64,000 nt of DNA from Azolla caroliniana (lineage: Eukaryota > Plantae > Polypodiophyta): positions 11,234 through 75,233 of the forward strand of contig JBHGNT010000120.1 in NCBI GenBank assembly GCA_043228905.1, written 5' to 3'. Numbering within the stretch: the first letter of the stretch is position 1; every line of letters starts with the position of its first letter. The notes beneath the pieces were generated by a model, which saw nothing but the letters and a program-made list of their open reading frames with translations, was not told the DNA's origin and made no database searches. Shown here one piece after another: positions 22,913-37,132 of this stretch. Made by a program: the position numbers and the translations under genes.

Positions 22913-23675
22913 ATTAGGATCAGGTTCCGCTTCTCGAGAATCGGAATACAACGAGACTGTTGCGCAATCAATACATGCGTGGATCCCTTGGGGAAGGGAT
23001 AACATCGCGTATTTGAACGTAATCATCGATCACGACGATGCCGTTCACATATTTCTGATGCGCATTCGCTCGAGGGAACATATGAACAATGCCTTTCTTG
23101 CTTACGCTCGCCGTGCTCCTGTCTGGCCTGGTTTGAATACAAGCGAGTAGACGCAAGAATGTGATGACGCCCAGTCGTTGTATGATGTGTATTTGGACGT
23201 GGTCCTCAACAAGGATGACGTCGTTTGAAATTTAGAAACAATCTACACGAAGGCCACCGCTAAGACGTCGCATGCGCGATACTCTTCATTTGGTTAGAGT
23301 AGAATGCGCGTATTCGAGATTCAACGATGCAAATTTACGTACGAGTGGAAGAACCTAGCGGCCGGTATCATGAGACGAGAACGGTATCTACACATCGGAG
23401 ATTGACAGTTTGAGACGAAAACTCTTCTCGAAGGTCATTTGTATGGTTCATGCATGCTTTTCTATGGATTGCATTGCATGCGTCACACCGCATACCTTTA
23501 TCCGATAAACCCATTTAAGCGCATCTCCGTAATGTGGCGAGTAATAGAATGGTAAGGTAAGTGACAAGAGATCCCATGAAAAATACGATGATCAAGAAAT
23601 ATGATGAGAAATGAGAGATCCTATCCGATCACGTGCGAGATCTTCATTCCTTTCACGTTTCGATGAATGGTCGAA

Positions 23676-23748
23676 GATCCTATGGCCTAATGGATAAGGC
23701 GTTGGTCTTCGAAACCAAAGATTCTAGGTTCGACCCCTAGTAGGATCG
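23676..23748 (+). tRNA. tRNA-Arg(TCG), unit 21
   Basis: Copy of unit 1 gene. Confidence 0.96.
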
Positions 23749-24024
23749 GTTTAGAATCGTGACCCTAGTGTACGTCGACATCAAGAACACGACGACCAAG
23801 GATCATTCACGGAGTCATAATGCGCATCCGTCTCGACCGTCTAGAAAATGCGCGGATCTTGTATCCGCTGTTTTGGCTTAATGGATGCATTCATTTACGA
23901 GGATGATGATGTTTAATAGGTAAAAGAAATGGAACGGTTTATCCGGCACAAATTCCTCATCAAAAGTGCATCGCATGTCCATCGCGATCCTCAATGGAAG
24001 TACATTTTCCAATGGAAAACCGAA

Positions 24025-24097
24025 GATCCTATGGCCCAATGGATAAGGCGCTGGTCTACGAAACCAGAGATTCTAGGTTCGATCCCTGGTAGGATCG
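24025..24097 (+). tRNA. tRNA-Arg(ACG), unit 21
   Basis: Copy of unit 1 gene. Confidence 0.96.
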
Positions 24098-24860
24098 ATT
24101 AGGATCAGGTTCCGCTTCTCGAGAATCGGAATACAACGAGACTGTTGCGCAATCAATACATGCGTGGATCCCTTGGGGAAGGGATAACATCGCGTATTTG
24201 AACGTAATCATCGATCACGACGATGCCGTTCACATATTTCTGATGCGCATTCGCTCGAGGGAACATATGAACAATGCCTTTCTTGCTTACGCTCGCCGTG
24301 CTCCTGTCTGGCCTGGTTTGAATACAAGCGAGTAGACGCAAGAATGTGATGACGCCCAGTCGTTGTATGATGTGTATTTGGACGTGGTCCTCAACAAGGA
24401 TGACGTCGTTTGAAATTTAGAAACAATCTACACGAAGGCCACCGCTAAGACGTCGCATGCGCGATACTCTTCATTTGGTTAGAGTAGAATGCGCGTATTC
24501 GAGATTCAACGATGCAAATTTACGTACGAGTGGAAGAACCTAGCGGCCGGTATCATGAGACGAGAACGGTATCTACACATCGGAGATTGACAGTTTGAGA
24601 CGAAAACTCTTCTCGAAGGTCATTTGTATGGTTCATGCATGCTTTTCTATGGATTGCATTGCATGCGTCACACCGCATACCTTTATCCGATAAACCCATT
24701 TAAGCGCATCTCCGTAATGTGGCGAGTAATAGAATGGTAAGGTAAGTGACAAGAGATCCCATGAAAAATACGATGATCAAGAAATATGATGAGAAATGAG
24801 AGATCCTATCCGATCACGTGCGAGATCTTCATTCCTTTCACGTTTCGATGAATGGTCGAA

Positions 24861-24933
24861 GATCCTATGGCCTAATGGATAAGGCGTTGGTCTTCGAAAC
24901 CAAAGATTCTAGGTTCGACCCCTAGTAGGATCG
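24861..24933 (+). tRNA. tRNA-Arg(TCG), unit 22
   Basis: Copy of unit 1 gene. Confidence 0.96.
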
Positions 24934-25209
24934 GTTTAGAATCGTGACCCTAGTGTACGTCGACATCAAGAACACGACGACCAAGGATCATTCACGGAGT
25001 CATAATGCGCATCCGTCTCGACCGTCTAGAAAATGCGCGGATCTTGTATCCGCTGTTTTGGCTTAATGGATGCATTCATTTACGAGGATGATGATGTTTA
25101 ATAGGTAAAAGAAATGGAACGGTTTATCCGGCACAAATTCCTCATCAAAAGTGCATCGCATGTCCATCGCGATCCTCAATGGAAGTACATTTTCCAATGG
25201 AAAACCGAA

Positions 25210-25282
25210 GATCCTATGGCCCAATGGATAAGGCGCTGGTCTACGAAACCAGAGATTCTAGGTTCGATCCCTGGTAGGATCG
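25210..25282 (+). tRNA. tRNA-Arg(ACG), unit 22
   Basis: Copy of unit 1 gene. Confidence 0.96.
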
Positions 25283-26045
25283 ATTAGGATCAGGTTCCGC
25301 TTCTCGAGAATCGGAATACAACGAGACTGTTGCGCAATCAATACATGCGTGGATCCCTTGGGGAAGGGATAACATCGCGTATTTGAACGTAATCATCGAT
25401 CACGACGATGCCGTTCACATATTTCTGATGCGCATTCGCTCGAGGGAACATATGAACAATGCCTTTCTTGCTTACGCTCGCCGTGCTCCTGTCTGGCCTG
25501 GTTTGAATACAAGCGAGTAGACGCAAGAATGTGATGACGCCCAGTCGTTGTATGATGTGTATTTGGACGTGGTCCTCAACAAGGATGACGTCGTTTGAAA
25601 TTTAGAAACAATCTACACGAAGGCCACCGCTAAGACGTCGCATGCGCGATACTCTTCATTTGGTTAGAGTAGAATGCGCGTATTCGAGATTCAACGATGC
25701 AAATTTACGTACGAGTGGAAGAACCTAGCGGCCGGTATCATGAGACGAGAACGGTATCTACACATCGGAGATTGACAGTTTGAGACGAAAACTCTTCTCG
25801 AAGGTCATTTGTATGGTTCATGCATGCTTTTCTATGGATTGCATTGCATGCGTCACACCGCATACCTTTATCCGATAAACCCATTTAAGCGCATCTCCGT
25901 AATGTGGCGAGTAATAGAATGGTAAGGTAAGTGACAAGAGATCCCATGAAAAATACGATGATCAAGAAATATGATGAGAAATGAGAGATCCTATCCGATC
26001 ACGTGCGAGATCTTCATTCCTTTCACGTTTCGATGAATGGTCGAA

Positions 26046-26118
26046 GATCCTATGGCCTAATGGATAAGGCGTTGGTCTTCGAAACCAAAGATTCTAGGTT
26101 CGACCCCTAGTAGGATCG
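26046..26118 (+). tRNA. tRNA-Arg(TCG), unit 23
   Basis: Copy of unit 1 gene. Confidence 0.96.
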
Positions 26119-26394
26119 GTTTAGAATCGTGACCCTAGTGTACGTCGACATCAAGAACACGACGACCAAGGATCATTCACGGAGTCATAATGCGCATCCG
26201 TCTCGACCGTCTAGAAAATGCGCGGATCTTGTATCCGCTGTTTTGGCTTAATGGATGCATTCATTTACGAGGATGATGATGTTTAATAGGTAAAAGAAAT
26301 GGAACGGTTTATCCGGCACAAATTCCTCATCAAAAGTGCATCGCATGTCCATCGCGATCCTCAATGGAAGTACATTTTCCAATGGAAAACCGAA

Positions 26395-26467
26395 GATCCT
26401 ATGGCCCAATGGATAAGGCGCTGGTCTACGAAACCAGAGATTCTAGGTTCGATCCCTGGTAGGATCG
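26395..26467 (+). tRNA. tRNA-Arg(ACG), unit 23
   Basis: Copy of unit 1 gene. Confidence 0.96.
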
Positions 26468-27230
26468 ATTAGGATCAGGTTCCGCTTCTCGAGAATCGGA
26501 ATACAACGAGACTGTTGCGCAATCAATACATGCGTGGATCCCTTGGGGAAGGGATAACATCGCGTATTTGAACGTAATCATCGATCACGACGATGCCGTT
26601 CACATATTTCTGATGCGCATTCGCTCGAGGGAACATATGAACAATGCCTTTCTTGCTTACGCTCGCCGTGCTCCTGTCTGGCCTGGTTTGAATACAAGCG
26701 AGTAGACGCAAGAATGTGATGACGCCCAGTCGTTGTATGATGTGTATTTGGACGTGGTCCTCAACAAGGATGACGTCGTTTGAAATTTAGAAACAATCTA
26801 CACGAAGGCCACCGCTAAGACGTCGCATGCGCGATACTCTTCATTTGGTTAGAGTAGAATGCGCGTATTCGAGATTCAACGATGCAAATTTACGTACGAG
26901 TGGAAGAACCTAGCGGCCGGTATCATGAGACGAGAACGGTATCTACACATCGGAGATTGACAGTTTGAGACGAAAACTCTTCTCGAAGGTCATTTGTATG
27001 GTTCATGCATGCTTTTCTATGGATTGCATTGCATGCGTCACACCGCATACCTTTATCCGATAAACCCATTTAAGCGCATCTCCGTAATGTGGCGAGTAAT
27101 AGAATGGTAAGGTAAGTGACAAGAGATCCCATGAAAAATACGATGATCAAGAAATATGATGAGAAATGAGAGATCCTATCCGATCACGTGCGAGATCTTC
27201 ATTCCTTTCACGTTTCGATGAATGGTCGAA

Positions 27231-27303
27231 GATCCTATGGCCTAATGGATAAGGCGTTGGTCTTCGAAACCAAAGATTCTAGGTTCGACCCCTAGTAGGA
27301 TCG
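27231..27303 (+). tRNA. tRNA-Arg(TCG), unit 24
   Basis: Copy of unit 1 gene. Confidence 0.96.
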
Positions 27304-27579
27304 GTTTAGAATCGTGACCCTAGTGTACGTCGACATCAAGAACACGACGACCAAGGATCATTCACGGAGTCATAATGCGCATCCGTCTCGACCGTCTAGA
27401 AAATGCGCGGATCTTGTATCCGCTGTTTTGGCTTAATGGATGCATTCATTTACGAGGATGATGATGTTTAATAGGTAAAAGAAATGGAACGGTTTATCCG
27501 GCACAAATTCCTCATCAAAAGTGCATCGCATGTCCATCGCGATCCTCAATGGAAGTACATTTTCCAATGGAAAACCGAA

Positions 27580-27652
27580 GATCCTATGGCCCAATGGATA
27601 AGGCGCTGGTCTACGAAACCAGAGATTCTAGGTTCGATCCCTGGTAGGATCG
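27580..27652 (+). tRNA. tRNA-Arg(ACG), unit 24
   Basis: Copy of unit 1 gene. Confidence 0.96.
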
Positions 27653-28415
27653 ATTAGGATCAGGTTCCGCTTCTCGAGAATCGGAATACAACGAGACTGT
27701 TGCGCAATCAATACATGCGTGGATCCCTTGGGGAAGGGATAACATCGCGTATTTGAACGTAATCATCGATCACGACGATGCCGTTCACATATTTCTGATG
27801 CGCATTCGCTCGAGGGAACATATGAACAATGCCTTTCTTGCTTACGCTCGCCGTGCTCCTGTCTGGCCTGGTTTGAATACAAGCGAGTAGACGCAAGAAT
27901 GTGATGACGCCCAGTCGTTGTATGATGTGTATTTGGACGTGGTCCTCAACAAGGATGACGTCGTTTGAAATTTAGAAACAATCTACACGAAGGCCACCGC
28001 TAAGACGTCGCATGCGCGATACTCTTCATTTGGTTAGAGTAGAATGCGCGTATTCGAGATTCAACGATGCAAATTTACGTACGAGTGGAAGAACCTAGCG
28101 GCCGGTATCATGAGACGAGAACGGTATCTACACATCGGAGATTGACAGTTTGAGACGAAAACTCTTCTCGAAGGTCATTTGTATGGTTCATGCATGCTTT
28201 TCTATGGATTGCATTGCATGCGTCACACCGCATACCTTTATCCGATAAACCCATTTAAGCGCATCTCCGTAATGTGGCGAGTAATAGAATGGTAAGGTAA
28301 GTGACAAGAGATCCCATGAAAAATACGATGATCAAGAAATATGATGAGAAATGAGAGATCCTATCCGATCACGTGCGAGATCTTCATTCCTTTCACGTTT
28401 CGATGAATGGTCGAA

Positions 28416-28488
28416 GATCCTATGGCCTAATGGATAAGGCGTTGGTCTTCGAAACCAAAGATTCTAGGTTCGACCCCTAGTAGGATCG
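28416..28488 (+). tRNA. tRNA-Arg(TCG), unit 25
   Basis: Copy of unit 1 gene. Confidence 0.96.
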
Positions 28489-28764
28489 GTTTAGAATCGT
28501 GACCCTAGTGTACGTCGACATCAAGAACACGACGACCAAGGATCATTCACGGAGTCATAATGCGCATCCGTCTCGACCGTCTAGAAAATGCGCGGATCTT
28601 GTATCCGCTGTTTTGGCTTAATGGATGCATTCATTTACGAGGATGATGATGTTTAATAGGTAAAAGAAATGGAACGGTTTATCCGGCACAAATTCCTCAT
28701 CAAAAGTGCATCGCATGTCCATCGCGATCCTCAATGGAAGTACATTTTCCAATGGAAAACCGAA

Positions 28765-28837
28765 GATCCTATGGCCCAATGGATAAGGCGCTGGTCTACG
28801 AAACCAGAGATTCTAGGTTCGATCCCTGGTAGGATCG
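28765..28837 (+). tRNA. tRNA-Arg(ACG), unit 25
   Basis: Copy of unit 1 gene. Confidence 0.96.
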
Positions 28838-29600
28838 ATTAGGATCAGGTTCCGCTTCTCGAGAATCGGAATACAACGAGACTGTTGCGCAATCAATACA
28901 TGCGTGGATCCCTTGGGGAAGGGATAACATCGCGTATTTGAACGTAATCATCGATCACGACGATGCCGTTCACATATTTCTGATGCGCATTCGCTCGAGG
29001 GAACATATGAACAATGCCTTTCTTGCTTACGCTCGCCGTGCTCCTGTCTGGCCTGGTTTGAATACAAGCGAGTAGACGCAAGAATGTGATGACGCCCAGT
29101 CGTTGTATGATGTGTATTTGGACGTGGTCCTCAACAAGGATGACGTCGTTTGAAATTTAGAAACAATCTACACGAAGGCCACCGCTAAGACGTCGCATGC
29201 GCGATACTCTTCATTTGGTTAGAGTAGAATGCGCGTATTCGAGATTCAACGATGCAAATTTACGTACGAGTGGAAGAACCTAGCGGCCGGTATCATGAGA
29301 CGAGAACGGTATCTACACATCGGAGATTGACAGTTTGAGACGAAAACTCTTCTCGAAGGTCATTTGTATGGTTCATGCATGCTTTTCTATGGATTGCATT
29401 GCATGCGTCACACCGCATACCTTTATCCGATAAACCCATTTAAGCGCATCTCCGTAATGTGGCGAGTAATAGAATGGTAAGGTAAGTGACAAGAGATCCC
29501 ATGAAAAATACGATGATCAAGAAATATGATGAGAAATGAGAGATCCTATCCGATCACGTGCGAGATCTTCATTCCTTTCACGTTTCGATGAATGGTCGAA

Positions 29601-29673
29601 GATCCTATGGCCTAATGGATAAGGCGTTGGTCTTCGAAACCAAAGATTCTAGGTTCGACCCCTAGTAGGATCG
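29601..29673 (+). tRNA. tRNA-Arg(TCG), unit 26
   Basis: Copy of unit 1 gene. Confidence 0.96.
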
Positions 29674-29949
29674 GTTTAGAATCGTGACCCTAGTGTACGT
29701 CGACATCAAGAACACGACGACCAAGGATCATTCACGGAGTCATAATGCGCATCCGTCTCGACCGTCTAGAAAATGCGCGGATCTTGTATCCGCTGTTTTG
29801 GCTTAATGGATGCATTCATTTACGAGGATGATGATGTTTAATAGGTAAAAGAAATGGAACGGTTTATCCGGCACAAATTCCTCATCAAAAGTGCATCGCA
29901 TGTCCATCGCGATCCTCAATGGAAGTACATTTTCCAATGGAAAACCGAA

Positions 29950-30022
29950 GATCCTATGGCCCAATGGATAAGGCGCTGGTCTACGAAACCAGAGATTCTA
30001 GGTTCGATCCCTGGTAGGATCG
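29950..30022 (+). tRNA. tRNA-Arg(ACG), unit 26
   Basis: Copy of unit 1 gene. Confidence 0.96.
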
Positions 30023-30785
30023 ATTAGGATCAGGTTCCGCTTCTCGAGAATCGGAATACAACGAGACTGTTGCGCAATCAATACATGCGTGGATCCCTTG
30101 GGGAAGGGATAACATCGCGTATTTGAACGTAATCATCGATCACGACGATGCCGTTCACATATTTCTGATGCGCATTCGCTCGAGGGAACATATGAACAAT
30201 GCCTTTCTTGCTTACGCTCGCCGTGCTCCTGTCTGGCCTGGTTTGAATACAAGCGAGTAGACGCAAGAATGTGATGACGCCCAGTCGTTGTATGATGTGT
30301 ATTTGGACGTGGTCCTCAACAAGGATGACGTCGTTTGAAATTTAGAAACAATCTACACGAAGGCCACCGCTAAGACGTCGCATGCGCGATACTCTTCATT
30401 TGGTTAGAGTAGAATGCGCGTATTCGAGATTCAACGATGCAAATTTACGTACGAGTGGAAGAACCTAGCGGCCGGTATCATGAGACGAGAACGGTATCTA
30501 CACATCGGAGATTGACAGTTTGAGACGAAAACTCTTCTCGAAGGTCATTTGTATGGTTCATGCATGCTTTTCTATGGATTGCATTGCATGCGTCACACCG
30601 CATACCTTTATCCGATAAACCCATTTAAGCGCATCTCCGTAATGTGGCGAGTAATAGAATGGTAAGGTAAGTGACAAGAGATCCCATGAAAAATACGATG
30701 ATCAAGAAATATGATGAGAAATGAGAGATCCTATCCGATCACGTGCGAGATCTTCATTCCTTTCACGTTTCGATGAATGGTCGAA

Positions 30786-30858
30786 GATCCTATGGCCTAA
30801 TGGATAAGGCGTTGGTCTTCGAAACCAAAGATTCTAGGTTCGACCCCTAGTAGGATCG
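30786..30858 (+). tRNA. tRNA-Arg(TCG), unit 27
   Basis: Copy of unit 1 gene. Confidence 0.96.
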
Positions 30859-31134
30859 GTTTAGAATCGTGACCCTAGTGTACGTCGACATCAAGAACAC
30901 GACGACCAAGGATCATTCACGGAGTCATAATGCGCATCCGTCTCGACCGTCTAGAAAATGCGCGGATCTTGTATCCGCTGTTTTGGCTTAATGGATGCAT
31001 TCATTTACGAGGATGATGATGTTTAATAGGTAAAAGAAATGGAACGGTTTATCCGGCACAAATTCCTCATCAAAAGTGCATCGCATGTCCATCGCGATCC
31101 TCAATGGAAGTACATTTTCCAATGGAAAACCGAA

Positions 31135-31207
31135 GATCCTATGGCCCAATGGATAAGGCGCTGGTCTACGAAACCAGAGATTCTAGGTTCGATCCCTGGT
31201 AGGATCG
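31135..31207 (+). tRNA. tRNA-Arg(ACG), unit 27
   Basis: Copy of unit 1 gene. Confidence 0.96.
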
Positions 31208-31970
31208 ATTAGGATCAGGTTCCGCTTCTCGAGAATCGGAATACAACGAGACTGTTGCGCAATCAATACATGCGTGGATCCCTTGGGGAAGGGATAACAT
31301 CGCGTATTTGAACGTAATCATCGATCACGACGATGCCGTTCACATATTTCTGATGCGCATTCGCTCGAGGGAACATATGAACAATGCCTTTCTTGCTTAC
31401 GCTCGCCGTGCTCCTGTCTGGCCTGGTTTGAATACAAGCGAGTAGACGCAAGAATGTGATGACGCCCAGTCGTTGTATGATGTGTATTTGGACGTGGTCC
31501 TCAACAAGGATGACGTCGTTTGAAATTTAGAAACAATCTACACGAAGGCCACCGCTAAGACGTCGCATGCGCGATACTCTTCATTTGGTTAGAGTAGAAT
31601 GCGCGTATTCGAGATTCAACGATGCAAATTTACGTACGAGTGGAAGAACCTAGCGGCCGGTATCATGAGACGAGAACGGTATCTACACATCGGAGATTGA
31701 CAGTTTGAGACGAAAACTCTTCTCGAAGGTCATTTGTATGGTTCATGCATGCTTTTCTATGGATTGCATTGCATGCGTCACACCGCATACCTTTATCCGA
31801 TAAACCCATTTAAGCGCATCTCCGTAATGTGGCGAGTAATAGAATGGTAAGGTAAGTGACAAGAGATCCCATGAAAAATACGATGATCAAGAAATATGAT
31901 GAGAAATGAGAGATCCTATCCGATCACGTGCGAGATCTTCATTCCTTTCACGTTTCGATGAATGGTCGAA

Positions 31971-32043
31971 GATCCTATGGCCTAATGGATAAGGCGTTGG
32001 TCTTCGAAACCAAAGATTCTAGGTTCGACCCCTAGTAGGATCG
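31971..32043 (+). tRNA. tRNA-Arg(TCG), unit 28
   Basis: Copy of unit 1 gene. Confidence 0.96.
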
Positions 32044-32319
32044 GTTTAGAATCGTGACCCTAGTGTACGTCGACATCAAGAACACGACGACCAAGGATCA
32101 TTCACGGAGTCATAATGCGCATCCGTCTCGACCGTCTAGAAAATGCGCGGATCTTGTATCCGCTGTTTTGGCTTAATGGATGCATTCATTTACGAGGATG
32201 ATGATGTTTAATAGGTAAAAGAAATGGAACGGTTTATCCGGCACAAATTCCTCATCAAAAGTGCATCGCATGTCCATCGCGATCCTCAATGGAAGTACAT
32301 TTTCCAATGGAAAACCGAA

Positions 32320-32392
32320 GATCCTATGGCCCAATGGATAAGGCGCTGGTCTACGAAACCAGAGATTCTAGGTTCGATCCCTGGTAGGATCG
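32320..32392 (+). tRNA. tRNA-Arg(ACG), unit 28
   Basis: Copy of unit 1 gene. Confidence 0.96.
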
Positions 32393-33155
32393 ATTAGGAT
32401 TAGGTTCCGCTTCTCGAGAATCGGAATACAACGAGACTGTTGCGCAATCAATACATGCGTGGATCCCTTGGGGAAGGGATAACATCGCGTATTTGAACGT
32501 AATCATCGATCACGACGATGCCGTTCACATATTTCTGATGCGCATTCGCTCGAGGGAACATATGAACAATGCCTTTCTTGCTTACGCTCGCCGTGCTCCT
32601 GTCTGGCCTGGTTTGAATACAAGCGAGTAGACGCAAGAATGTGATGACGCCCAGTCGTTGTATGATGTGTATTTGGACGTGGTCCTCAACAAGGATGACG
32701 TCGTTTGAAATTTAGAAACAATCTACACGAAGGCCACCGCTAAGACGTCGCATGCGCGATACTCTTCATTTGGTTAGAGTAGAATGCGCGTATTCGAGAT
32801 TCAACGATGCAAATTTACGTACGAGTGGAAGAACCTAGCGGCCGGTATCATGAGACGAGAACGGTATCTACACATCGGAGATTGACAGTTTGAGACGAAA
32901 ACTCTTCTCGAAGGTCATTTGTATGGTTCATGCATGCTTTTCTATGGATTGCATTGCATGCGTCACACCGCATACCTTTATCCGATAAACCCATTTAAGC
33001 GCATCTCCGTAATGTGGCGAGTAATAGAATGGTAAGGTAAGTGACAAGAGATCCCATGAAAAATACGATGATCAAGAAATATGATGAGAAATGAGAGATC
33101 CTATCCGATCACGTGCGAGATCTTCATTCCTTTCACGTTTCGATGAATGGTCGAA

Positions 33156-33228
33156 GATCCTATGGCCTAATGGATAAGGCGTTGGTCTTCGAAACCAAAG
33201 ATTCTAGGTTCGACCCCTAGTAGGATCG
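33156..33228 (+). tRNA. tRNA-Arg(TCG), unit 29
   Basis: Copy of unit 1 gene. Confidence 0.96.
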
Positions 33229-33504
33229 GTTTAGAATCGTGACCCTAGTGTACGTCGACATCAAGAACACGACGACCAAGGATCATTCACGGAGTCATAA
33301 TGCGCATCCGTCTCGACCGTCTAGAAAATGCGCGGATCTTGTATCCGCTGTTTTGGCTTAATGGATGCATTCATTTACGAGGATGATGATGTTTAATAGG
33401 TAAAAGAAATGGAACGGTTTATCCGGCACAAATTCCTCATCAAAAGTGCATCGCATGTCCATCGCGATCCTCAATGGAAGTACATTTTCCAATGGAAAAC
33501 CGAA

Positions 33505-33577
33505 GATCCTATGGCCCAATGGATAAGGCGCTGGTCTACGAAACCAGAGATTCTAGGTTCGATCCCTGGTAGGATCG
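33505..33577 (+). tRNA. tRNA-Arg(ACG), unit 29
   Basis: Copy of unit 1 gene. Confidence 0.96.
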
Positions 33578-34340
33578 ATTAGGATTAGGTTCCGCTTCTC
33601 GAGAATCGGAATACAACGAGACTGTTGCGCAATCAATACATGCGTGGATCCCTTGGGGAAGGGATAACATCGCGTATTTGAACGTAATCATCGATCACGA
33701 CGATGCCGTTCACATATTTCTGATGCGCATTCGCTCGAGGGAACATATGAACAATGCCTTTCTTGCTTACGCTCGCCGTGCTCCTGTCTGGCCTGGTTTG
33801 AATACAAGCGAGTAGACGCAAGAATGTGATGACGCCCAGTCGTTGTATGATGTGTATTTGGACGTGGTCCTCAACAAGGATGACGTCGTTTGAAATTTAG
33901 AAACAATCTACACGAAGGCCACCGCTAAGACGTCGCATGCGCGATACTCTTCATTTGGTTAGAGTAGAATGCGCGTATTCGAGATTCAACGATGCAAATT
34001 TACGTACGAGTGGAAGAACCTAGCGGCCGGTATCATGAGACGAGAACGGTATCTACACATCGGAGATTGACAGTTTGAGACGAAAACTCTTCTCGAAGGT
34101 CATTTGTATGGTTCATGCATGCTTTTCTATGGATTGCATTGCATGCGTCACACCGCATACCTGTATCCGATAAACCCATTTAAGCGCATCTCCGTAATGT
34201 GGCGAGTAATAGAATGGTAAGGTAAGTGACAAGAGATCCCATGAAAAATACGATGATCAAGAAATATGATGAGAAATGAGAGATCCTATCCGATCACGTG
34301 CGAGATCTTCATTCCTTTCACGTTTCGATGAATGGTCGAA

Positions 34341-34413
34341 GATCCTATGGCCTAATGGATAAGGCGTTGGTCTTCGAAACCAAAGATTCTAGGTTCGACC
34401 CCTAGTAGGATCG
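34341..34413 (+). tRNA. tRNA-Arg(TCG), unit 30
   Basis: Copy of unit 1 gene. Confidence 0.96.
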
Positions 34414-34689
34414 GTTTAGAATCGTGACCCTAGTGTACGTCGACATCAAGAACACGACGACCAAGGATCATTCACGGAGTCATAATGCGCATCCGTCTCG
34501 ACCGTCTAGAAAATGCGCGGATCTTGTATCCGCTGTTTTGGCTTAATGGATGCATTCATTTACGAGGATGATGATGTTTAATAGGTAAAAGAAATGGAAC
34601 GGTTTATCCGGCACAAATTCCTCATCAAAAGTGCATCGCATGTCCATCGCGATCCTCAATGGAAGTACATTTTCCAATGGAAAACCGAA

Positions 34690-34762
34690 GATCCTATGGC
34701 CCAATGGATAAGGCGCTGGTCTACGAAACCAGAGATTCTAGGTTCGATCCCTGGTAGGATCG
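34690..34762 (+). tRNA. tRNA-Arg(ACG), unit 30
   Basis: Copy of unit 1 gene. Confidence 0.96.
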
Positions 34763-35525
34763 ATTAGGATTAGGTTCCGCTTCTCGAGAATCGGAATACA
34801 ACGAGACTGTTGCGCAATCAATACATGCGTGGATCCCTTGGGGAAGGGATAACATCGCGTATTTGAACGTAATCATCGATCACGACGATGCCGTTCACAT
34901 ATTTCTGATGCGCATTCGCTCGAGGGAACATATGAACAATGCCTTTCTTGCTTACGCTCGCCGTGCTCCTGTCTGGCCTGGTTTGAATACAAGCGAGTAG
35001 ACGCAAGAATGTGATGACGCCCAGTCGTTGTATGATGTGTATTTGGACGTGGTCCTCAACAAGGATGACGTCGTTTGAAATTTAGAAACAATCTACACGA
35101 AGGCCACCGCTAAGACGTCGCATGCGCGATACTCTTCATTTGGTTAGAGTAGAATGCGCGTATTCGAGATTCAACGATGCAAATTTACGTACGAGTGGAA
35201 GAACCTAGCGGCCGGTATCATGAGACGAGAACGGTATCTACACATCGGAGATTGACAGTTTGAGACGAAAACTCTTCTCGAAGGTCATTTGTATGGTTCA
35301 TGCATGCTTTTCTATGGATTGCATTGCATGCGTCACACCGCATACCTGTATCCGATAAACCCATTTAAGCGCATCTCCGTAATGTGGCGAGTAATAGAAT
35401 GGTAAGGTAAGTGACAAGAGATCCCATGAAAAATACGATGATCAAGAAATATGATGAGAAATGAGAGATCCTATCCGATCACGTGCGAGATCTTCATTCC
35501 TTTCACGTTTCGATGAATGGTCGAA

Positions 35526-35598
35526 GATCCTATGGCCTAATGGATAAGGCGTTGGTCTTCGAAACCAAAGATTCTAGGTTCGACCCCTAGTAGGATCG
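35526..35598 (+). tRNA. tRNA-Arg(TCG), unit 31
   Basis: Copy of unit 1 gene. Confidence 0.96.
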
Positions 35599-35874
35599 GT
35601 TTAGAATCGTGACCCTAGTGTACGTCGACATCAAGAACACGACGACCAAGGATCATTCACGGAGTCATAATGCGCATCCGTCTCGACCGTCTAGAAAATG
35701 CGCGGATCTTGTATCCGCTGTTTTGGCTTAATGGATGCATTCATTTACGAGGATGATGATGTTTAATAGGTAAAAGAAATGGAACGGTTTATCCGGCACA
35801 AATTCCTCATCAAAAGTGCATCGCATGTCCATCGCGATCCTCAATGGAAGTACATTTTCCAATGGAAAACCGAA

Positions 35875-35947
35875 GATCCTATGGCCCAATGGATAAGGCG
35901 CTGGTCTACGAAACCAGAGATTCTAGGTTCGATCCCTGGTAGGATCG
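35875..35947 (+). tRNA. tRNA-Arg(ACG), unit 31
   Basis: Copy of unit 1 gene. Confidence 0.96.
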
Positions 35948-36710
35948 ATTAGGATTAGGTTCCGCTTCTCGAGAATCGGAATACAACGAGACTGTTGCGC
36001 AATCAATACATGCGTGGATCCCTTGGGGAAGGGATAACATCGCGTATTTGAACGTAATCATCGATCACGACGATGCCGTTCACATATTTCTGATGCGCAT
36101 TCGCTCGAGGGAACATATGAACAATGCCTTTCTTGCTTACGCTCGCCGTGCTCCTGTCTGGCCTGGTTTGAATACAAGCGAGTAGACGCAAGAATGTGAT
36201 GACGCCCAGTCGTTGTATGATGTGTATTTGGACGTGGTCCTCAACAAGGATGACGTCGTTTGAAATTTAGAAACAATCTACACGAAGGCCACCGCTAAGA
36301 CGTCGCATGCGCGATACTCTTCATTTGGTTAGAGTAGAATGCGCGTATTCGAGATTCAACGATGCAAATTTACGTACGAGTGGAAGAACCTAGCGGCCGG
36401 TATCATGAGACGAGAACGGTATCTACACATCGGAGATTGACAGTTTGAGACGAAAACTCTTCTCGAAGGTCATTTGTATGGTTCATGCATGCTTTTCTAT
36501 GGATTGCATTGCATGCGTCACACCGCATACCTGTATCCGATAAACCCATTTAAGCGCATCTCCGTAATGTGGCGAGTAATAGAATGGTAAGGTAAGTGAC
36601 AAGAGATCCCATGAAAAATACGATGATCAAGAAATATGATGAGAAATGAGAGATCCTATCCGATCACGTGCGAGATCTTCATTCCTTTCACGTTTCGATG
36701 AATGGTCGAA

Positions 36711-36783
36711 GATCCTATGGCCTAATGGATAAGGCGTTGGTCTTCGAAACCAAAGATTCTAGGTTCGACCCCTAGTAGGATCG
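36711..36783 (+). tRNA. tRNA-Arg(TCG), unit 32
   Basis: Copy of unit 1 gene. Confidence 0.96.
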
Positions 36784-37059
36784 GTTTAGAATCGTGACCC
36801 TAGTGTACGTCGACATCAAGAACACGACGACCAAGGATCATTCACGGAGTCATAATGCGCATCCGTCTCGACCGTCTAGAAAATGCGCGGATCTTGTATC
36901 CGCTGTTTTGGCTTAATGGATGCATTCATTTACGAGGATGATGATGTTTAATAGGTAAAAGAAATGGAACGGTTTATCCGGCACAAATTCCTCATCAAAA
37001 GTGCATCGCATGTCCATCGCGATCCTCAATGGAAGTACATTTTCCAATGGAAAACCGAA

Positions 37060-37132
37060 GATCCTATGGCCCAATGGATAAGGCGCTGGTCTACGAAACC
37101 AGAGATTCTAGGTTCGATCCCTGGTAGGATCG
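37060..37132 (+). tRNA. tRNA-Arg(ACG), unit 32
   Basis: Copy of unit 1 gene. Confidence 0.96.
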